A DNA stretch of 11,742 nucleotides from Candidatus Rokuibacteriota bacterium (lineage in GTDB: Bacteria; Methylomirabilota; Methylomirabilia; Rokubacteriales; CSP1-6), in contig JACPCX010000037.1 of the NCBI GenBank assembly GCA_016184305.1, forward strand, positions 1-11,742, written 5' to 3'. This document shows positions 7,490-11,742 of the stretch, one piece after another. The position numbers and the translations under genes are program-made. The notes under the pieces were generated by a model that was not told the DNA's origin, did no database searches, and was given only the letters and a program-made list of their open reading frames with translations. Numbering within the stretch: the stretch's first letter is position 1; every line of letters begins with the position of its first letter.

Positions 7490-7740
7490 ATGAGCCCTCT
7501 GGCGGGTCCGTCCTTCGTCGTCGCGCTGGCTGTGATGCTGCTCGGCAGGGCCGCCGGTGCTGCGCCGGAAGCCGCCTGGGCCCAGGACAGGCCGCGCCCC
7601 TCAACTGGATCTCCAAGGCGGACATCGTCACGCTCCAGTGGCACGGCATCATCCCCCACAGCGCGAAGGTGCGGGGCTGGACCATCACGCCGAGCCACTT
7701 CCTCAACAACCAGCTCGACACGGTGTGGCTGACCGAGCAG
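7490..7740 (+). pseudogene. Collapsed paralog of the neighbouring peptide-binding protein gene (two internal deletions, stop codon lost)
   Basis: GGAGG and ATG 7490 begin a signal peptide ending AWAQDRPR (intact gene: AAAQDKPR). It continues as PLNWISKADI (intact: PWNWIYKADI), then VTLQWHGIIPHSAKVRGWTITPSHFLNNQLDTVWLTE (intact: YTLQWNRVIPHSSRVKGFTITPSHYLNNQLDTVWLAE). CAG stands where the intact gene has TAG. Confidence 0.92.
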
Positions 7741-7765
7741 CTAACGTCACCAGGAGGGAAACCAC

Positions 7766-9379
7766 GTGAGAGCCATGCGAATCCGACCGATGGCAGTGAT
7801 GGCAGTGATGGCGGTGCTGGCGCTGGGGCTGCTGGTCCAGCCGGGGCTCGCCGCCGCCCAGGACAAGCCGCGCTCGGGCGGCGAGCTGATCTTCGTCGTG
7901 CCCTCCGAGCCGCCGTCCTACGACGCCCACCAGGAGGAGACGTTCGGTGTCATCCACCCGATGGCGCCGCATTACAGCACGCTGCTCCGGGTGGACCCCT
8001 TCGACAAGACCGGGACCAAGCCGGTGGGAGACCTGGCCGAGTCCTGGACCATCTCCAAGGATGGGCTCACCTACACCTTCAAGCTGCGCCAGGGGGTCAA
8101 GTTCCACGACGGCAGCCCCATGACGTCGCGGGACGTCAAGGCCTCCTACGACAAGATCATCTTCCCGCCGGCGGGCGTGAAATCCCTGCGCAAGTCCACG
8201 TACCAGAGCGTGGAGGCCGTCGAGGCTCCCGATCCCTCCACCATCCGGTTCCGGCTCAAGTGGCCGGAGGCGTCCTTGCTCCTGAACCTGGCCTCGCCCT
8301 GGAACTGGATCTACAAGGCCGACATCCTGGCCAAGGACATGCAGTGGTACGCGAAGAACGTGATGGGCACCGGCGCCTTCAAGTTCGTGGAGCACGTGAA
8401 GGGCTCCCACTGGGTCGGCAAGAAGAACCCGGACTACTGGGACAAGGGCAAGCCGTACCTGGACGGCTACCGGGCGATCTTCATCTCCTCCTCCTCGGCC
8501 CAGGTGGCGGCCGTCCGCGGTGAGCGGGCCATGATCCAGTTCCGCAGCTTCAGTCCGCCGGAGCGCGACAGCCTCGTGCAGGCGCTGGGCCCGAAGATCA
8601 CGGTGCAGGAGAGCCCCTGGGACTGCCTCAACTTCGTGTCCATGCACCACGACAAGAAGCCCTTCGACGACAAGCGCGTGCGCCGGGCCCTGAGCCTCGC
8701 CCTCGATCGCTACGAGGGCTCCAAGGCGCTGTCCAAGATCACCCTCGTCAAGGACGTGGCGGGCGTCATGGTCCCGGGCACGCCCTTCGCCACCCCACCG
8801 CAGGAACTGGAGACGCTGGCCGGATTCGGGCGCAACATCGCCGCCAATCGGGCCGAGGCCAAGCGCCTCCTCAGAGAGGCCGGCGTGCCGGAGGGCTTCT
8901 CGTTCACGTTCCGGAACCGGGGCATCCCGCACCCGTACGAGCCCATGGGTATCTGGCTCATCGACCAGTGGCGCCAGATCGGCATCAGCGTCAAGCAGGA
9001 GATCATCGAGGCCTCGGCCTACCATCCCATGCTCAAGCGCGGCGACTTCGAGGTGGCGATGGACTTCCAGTGCGGCTTCATCGTGGAGCCGGACCTGGAC
9101 CTCGGGCGCTTCCTGTCCACCTCGGACGCCAACTACGGCAAGCACAAGGACAAGGTCATCGACGAGCTCTACCTCAAGCAGGCGCGCGCCGCGGACCCCG
9201 AGGAGCGCAAGCGCCACATCCGCGCCTTCGAGAAGCGGCTGCTCGACGACGAGGCGCATGTCATCTACACGCTGCAGTGGAACCGGGTCATCCCCCACAG
9301 CTCGCGGGTGAAGGGTTTCACCATCACCCCCAGCCACTACCTCAACAACCAGCTGGACACCGTCTGGCTGGCCGAGTAG
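7766..9379 (+). CDS. dppA: ABC transporter substrate-binding protein, family 5 (DppA/OppA-like), 537 aa
   Basis: AGGAGG SD and a Sec signal peptide ending AAA-Q. Family-5 signature DLAESWTISKDGLTYTFKLRQGVKFHDGSPMTSRDV, plus GTGAFKF, KNPDYW...PYLD and PFDDKRVRRAL. Confidence 0.95.
   Translation: MRAMRIRPMAVMAVMAVLALGLLVQPGLAAAQDKPRSGGELIFVVPSEPPSYDAHQEETFGVIHPMAPHYSTLLRVDPFDKTGTKPVGDLAESWTISKDGLTYTFKLRQGVKFHDGSPMTSRDVKASYDKIIFPPAGVKSLRKSTYQSVEAVEAPDPSTIRFRLKWPEASLLLNLASPWNWIYKADILAKDMQWYAKNVMGTGAFKFVEHVKGSHWVGKKNPDYWDKGKPYLDGYRAIFISSSSAQVAAVRGERAMIQFRSFSPPERDSLVQALGPKITVQESPWDCLNFVSMHHDKKPFDDKRVRRALSLALDRYEGSKALSKITLVKDVAGVMVPGTPFATPPQELETLAGFGRNIAANRAEAKRLLREAGVPEGFSFTFRNRGIPHPYEPMGIWLIDQWRQIGISVKQEIIEASAYHPMLKRGDFEVAMDFQCGFIVEPDLDLGRFLSTSDANYGKHKDKVIDELYLKQARAADPEERKRHIRAFEKRLLDDEAHVIYTLQWNRVIPHSSRVKGFTITPSHYLNNQLDTVWLAE
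7790..7816 (+). repeat. 9-bp tandem repeat (x3) in the signal-peptide coding region
   Basis: ATGGCAGTG ATGGCAGTG ATGGCGGTG encodes MAV MAV MAV. Confidence 0.8.
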
Positions 9380-9410
9380 CGGCAGGCGGAGCCGCCCGGG
9401 ATCGCATCGC

Positions 9411-10361
9411 ATGGGCAAGTACATCGTCAAGCGCTTCCTCCTGATGATCCCCACGCTGATCGGGGTGGCGGCGCTGATCTTCTTCCTCATGCGGGTGGTC
9501 CCGGGCGACATCGTGGAGCTGCGGTTCTCGGGGGAGAGCTCCGTCGCCTCCGAGGAGACGCTGGACAAGGAGCGCGCCCGCTTCGGGCTGGACAGGCCGC
9601 TGTGGCGGCAGTTCGCCGACTGGATGTGGGGCGTGGTGCGCTTCGACTTTGGCACCTCCATGTGGACGGGCTCGCCGATCTTCGAGGAGATCAAGCTCCG
9701 CTTCGCGCTGTCGCTCCAGCTCGCCATCATGGCGAGCATCGTCGCGGTGCTCCTCGCGATCCCGCTCGGGGTCCTGGCGGCGCTCCGGCAGGACACATGG
9801 GTGGACTATGCGGTCCGCGTGGTCTCCATCGCGGGCATCGCGACGCCGTCGTTCTGGCTGGGGATCGTGTTCATCCTGGGGCTCCTGATCGTCTTCAAGT
9901 GGTTGCCGCCCATGGTCTACACCCCGTTCTGGGTGGACCCGTGGCAGAACATGCTCCAGCTCATCTGGCCGGCGCTGGCCGTGGGCTACCGCTACTCCGC
10001 GGTCGCCACGCGCATGACCCGCTCGGCCATGCTGGAGGTGCTGCGCGAGGACTACATCCGCACCGCGCGGGCGAAGGGGCTCGTGGAGAAGCTGATCCTG
10101 TCGCGCCACGCGCTGAAGAACGCCATGCTGCCGGTGCTCACCGTGGTGGGCATCGAGTTCGCCTTCCTCATGGGCGGTCTCGTGGTGACGGAGCAGGTCT
10201 TCAACCTCAACGGCCTCGGCCTCCTCTTCGTCCAGTCCGTGGCGCACCGCGACTACACCCTCACCCAGGCGCTGGTGCTGCTCGTGGCCTCCGTCTTCAT
10301 CGTGGTGAACTTCGTCATGGACCTCATGTACGCCTGGCTCGATCCGCGGATCCGGTACTGA
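9411..10361 (+). CDS. dppB: Peptide ABC transporter permease (DppB/OppB family), 316 aa
   Basis: YIVKRFLLMIPTL, PGD, GLDRPL..QF..W....FDFGTS, PSFWLG, EAA loop EDYIRTARAKGL, HALKNA and EQVFNLNGLG. Confidence 0.95.
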   Translation: MGKYIVKRFLLMIPTLIGVAALIFFLMRVVPGDIVELRFSGESSVASEETLDKERARFGLDRPLWRQFADWMWGVVRFDFGTSMWTGSPIFEEIKLRFALSLQLAIMASIVAVLLAIPLGVLAALRQDTWVDYAVRVVSIAGIATPSFWLGIVFILGLLIVFKWLPPMVYTPFWVDPWQNMLQLIWPALAVGYRYSAVATRMTRSAMLEVLREDYIRTARAKGLVEKLILSRHALKNAMLPVLTVVGIEFAFLMGGLVVTEQVFNLNGLGLLFVQSVAHRDYTLTQALVLLVASVFIVVNFVMDLMYAWLDPRIRY

Positions 10362-10385
10362 TAGATGCGACAGCCACTTCACCGA

Positions 10386-10405
10386 GGTCGTCGCGTGCGA
10401 CGACC
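10386..10405. other. Perfect inverted repeat in the dppB-dppC spacer
   Basis: GGTCGTCGC-GT-GCGACGACC, with 9-bp arms and no U-tract. Confidence 0.6.
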
Positions 10406-10419
10406 GTAGATCGAGAGCC

Positions 10420-11322
10420 ATGGCCATCAACCCGCCCGCCGATATGGCTGCCGATCTCGGGCTTGCCGAGGCCCGGCACCGCTGGGTCGCCGCCGCGCTC
10501 GACTTCTGCCGCCGCCGGTCGCTCGGCGCCGTCGGGGCCGTCGTGGTGGTCGTCATGATCCTGATGGCGCTGTCCGCAACCGCGCTGGCCCCCTACGATC
10601 CCCTGGCTGTGGACTTCGGCTCCATGCTCTCGGCGCCGTCGGCCCAGCACTGGCTCGGCACCGACTCCTTCGGCCGGGACGTTCTCTCCCGGCTGATTTA
10701 CGGCTCCCGCACCGCGCTGCTGGTGGGCTTCGGGGCGGCATTCTTTGGCTCCACCGTGGGCGCCATCCTCGGCGTGGGGAGCGCCTACTTCGGGGGGCGG
10801 GTGGATCTCTACTTGCAGCGTGTGATGGACGTGTTCCTCTCCTTCCCGCTCATCATCCTGGCCCTGGCGATCGTGGCCATCCTGGGCAACACCCTGCAGA
10901 ACGTGACCATGGCCATCATGGTGCCCATGATCCCCCGCTGCGCGCTCGTCATCCGCTCCTCCGGGCTGGCCATCCGCGAGATGCCCTACGTGGACGCCGC
11001 AAGGGCGGCCGGCTTCGGCCACGCGCGCATCATCCTGCGCCACATGCTCCCCAACGTGATGGCCCCCTTCCTGATCATGCTGACCGCCTTTCTGGGGCAG
11101 GCCATCCTGCTGGAGGCCTCGCTCTCCTTCCTCGGCCTAGGCGTGCAGGAGCCCACGGCGTCGTGGGGGCTCATGCTGAGGGGCGCCGCGGTGGAGTTCG
11201 CGGAGACCGCGCCCTGGATGGCCATCTTTCCGGGGCTCGCCATCAGCCTGGCCGTGTTCGCCTTCAGTCTGTTCGGCGACTCGCTCCGGGACGCGCTGGA
11301 CCCCAAGCTCCGCTCTCTCTAG
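10420..11322 (+). CDS. dppC: Peptide ABC transporter permease (DppC/OppC family), 300 aa
   Basis: APYDP, HWLGTDSFGRDVLSRLIYGSR, YVDAARAAG, RHMLPNV, EASLSFLGLG and GDSLRDALDPK. The stop TAG is part of the terminal CTAG of the repeat. Confidence 0.95.
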   Translation: MAINPPADMAADLGLAEARHRWVAAALDFCRRRSLGAVGAVVVVVMILMALSATALAPYDPLAVDFGSMLSAPSAQHWLGTDSFGRDVLSRLIYGSRTALLVGFGAAFFGSTVGAILGVGSAYFGGRVDLYLQRVMDVFLSFPLIILALAIVAILGNTLQNVTMAIMVPMIPRCALVIRSSGLAIREMPYVDAARAAGFGHARIILRHMLPNVMAPFLIMLTAFLGQAILLEASLSFLGLGVQEPTASWGLMLRGAAVEFAETAPWMAIFPGLAISLAVFAFSLFGDSLRDALDPKLRSL

Positions 11323-11530
11323 CAGGCCGCTGACAAAGGCCCATCTGCGGAGGTACGGCGCCCTCAGCCGCACGCTCAACGTGGCTCGCTCACGCTCGCC
11401 CGGATCCCCGGATCCGCTCACCTCGCCTCCGGCTCCGCTCGCCAAGCGGAGTACGCCTCGCGTGCGGCCGTCGGGCGCCGCCTTGCATCTGGACCTTCTT
11501 GAGCGGCCTGCGGGAATCTTCCGCAGCCTG
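11319..11530 (-). mobile_element. Palindromic MITE-like repeat, copy 2 (inverted relative to copy 1, with an extra ~60-bp central module)
   Basis: CTAGCAGGCCGCTGA (11319-11333) is the reverse complement of 3105-3119. 11337-11361 is the exact reverse complement of 3077-3101 (25 nt). The far end TGCATCTGGACCTTCTTGAGCGGCCTGCGGGAATCTTCCGCAGCCTG matches 2982-3027. Confidence 0.8.
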
Positions 11531-11552
11531 GGAGGCCGGGCGGTCAAACGGC

Positions 11553-11581
11553 TTGACACCCGGGGGGCGGCTTGGTACAAG
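11553..11581 (+). promoter_or_regulatory. Putative sigma70 promoter for the ferredoxin gene
   Basis: TTGACA (11553-11558), a 17-bp spacer ending TGG, then TACAAG (11576-11581). Confidence 0.55.
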
Positions 11582-11657
11582 TACCAGGGTTGCCGCGGTC
11601 AAGACCGCGATATGCCACGGGTATTTCGCCGGCATGGCTGGTTAACAGGAGGCCTGA

Positions 11658-11742
11658 ATGGCTTACATCATCGCTGAGCCCTGCATCAACGTGAAGGACA
11701 AGGCCTGCGTCGAGGTGTGCCCGGTGGACTGCATCTACGAGG
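11658..11742 (+). CDS. fdxA: 7Fe ([3Fe-4S][4Fe-4S])-type ferredoxin, 3'-truncated by the window edge
   Basis: AGGAGG at 11647-11652, then MAYIIAEPCINVKDKACVEVCPVDCIYE, the C-x7-C-x3-CPVDCI pattern of FdxA. It is not in the supplied ORF track. Confidence 0.92.
   Translation, partial: MAYIIAEPCINVKDKACVEVCPVDCIYE

Noticed and set aside
7623..7740. Diversity-generating retroelement TR/VR pair with 9262-9379
   Set aside because: The differences are mostly synonymous and not adenine-specific, no reverse transcriptase is present, and the N-terminal and middle fragments show it is a decayed paralog.
7483..8523. 346-aa ORF overlapping dppA
   Set aside because: It contains the relic fragments and then reads out of frame into dppA only because the ancestral stop became CAG.
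7703..9796. Long minus-strand ORFs (697 aa here; also 314-1822, 4052-5359, 6150-7340, 9342-10556)
   Set aside because: They are antisense shadows of well-supported + strand genes, expected in high-GC DNA, and carry no recognisable motifs.

Overview
High-GC bacterial window; the gene content and repeat style suggest Ca. Rokubacteria/Methylomirabilota, but that is inference only. All intact genes are on the + strand. In order: the 3' end of a GNAT acetyltransferase, a nitronate monooxygenase-family flavoenzyme, a stand-alone receiver-domain protein, an FmdB-type zinc-ribbon gene whose 3' end is replaced by a repeat, a CelD/BcsL-like GNAT overlapping an MshA-like GT4 glycosyltransferase, a complete Dpp/Opp-type ABC transporter (D-F-A-B-C), and the 5' end of a 7Fe ferredoxin (fdxA). 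The spacers are the most unusual part. They hold 'collapsed' gene relics: a dppA paralog and a DUF72 gene each reduced to three joined fragments, the C-terminus of a probable dienelactone hydrolase, and possibly an IS91 transposase scrap. They also hold two inverted copies of a palindromic MITE-like element ending in CTAG, which bracket the GNAT-GT4-dpp block. No rRNA, tRNA or CRISPR array was seen.
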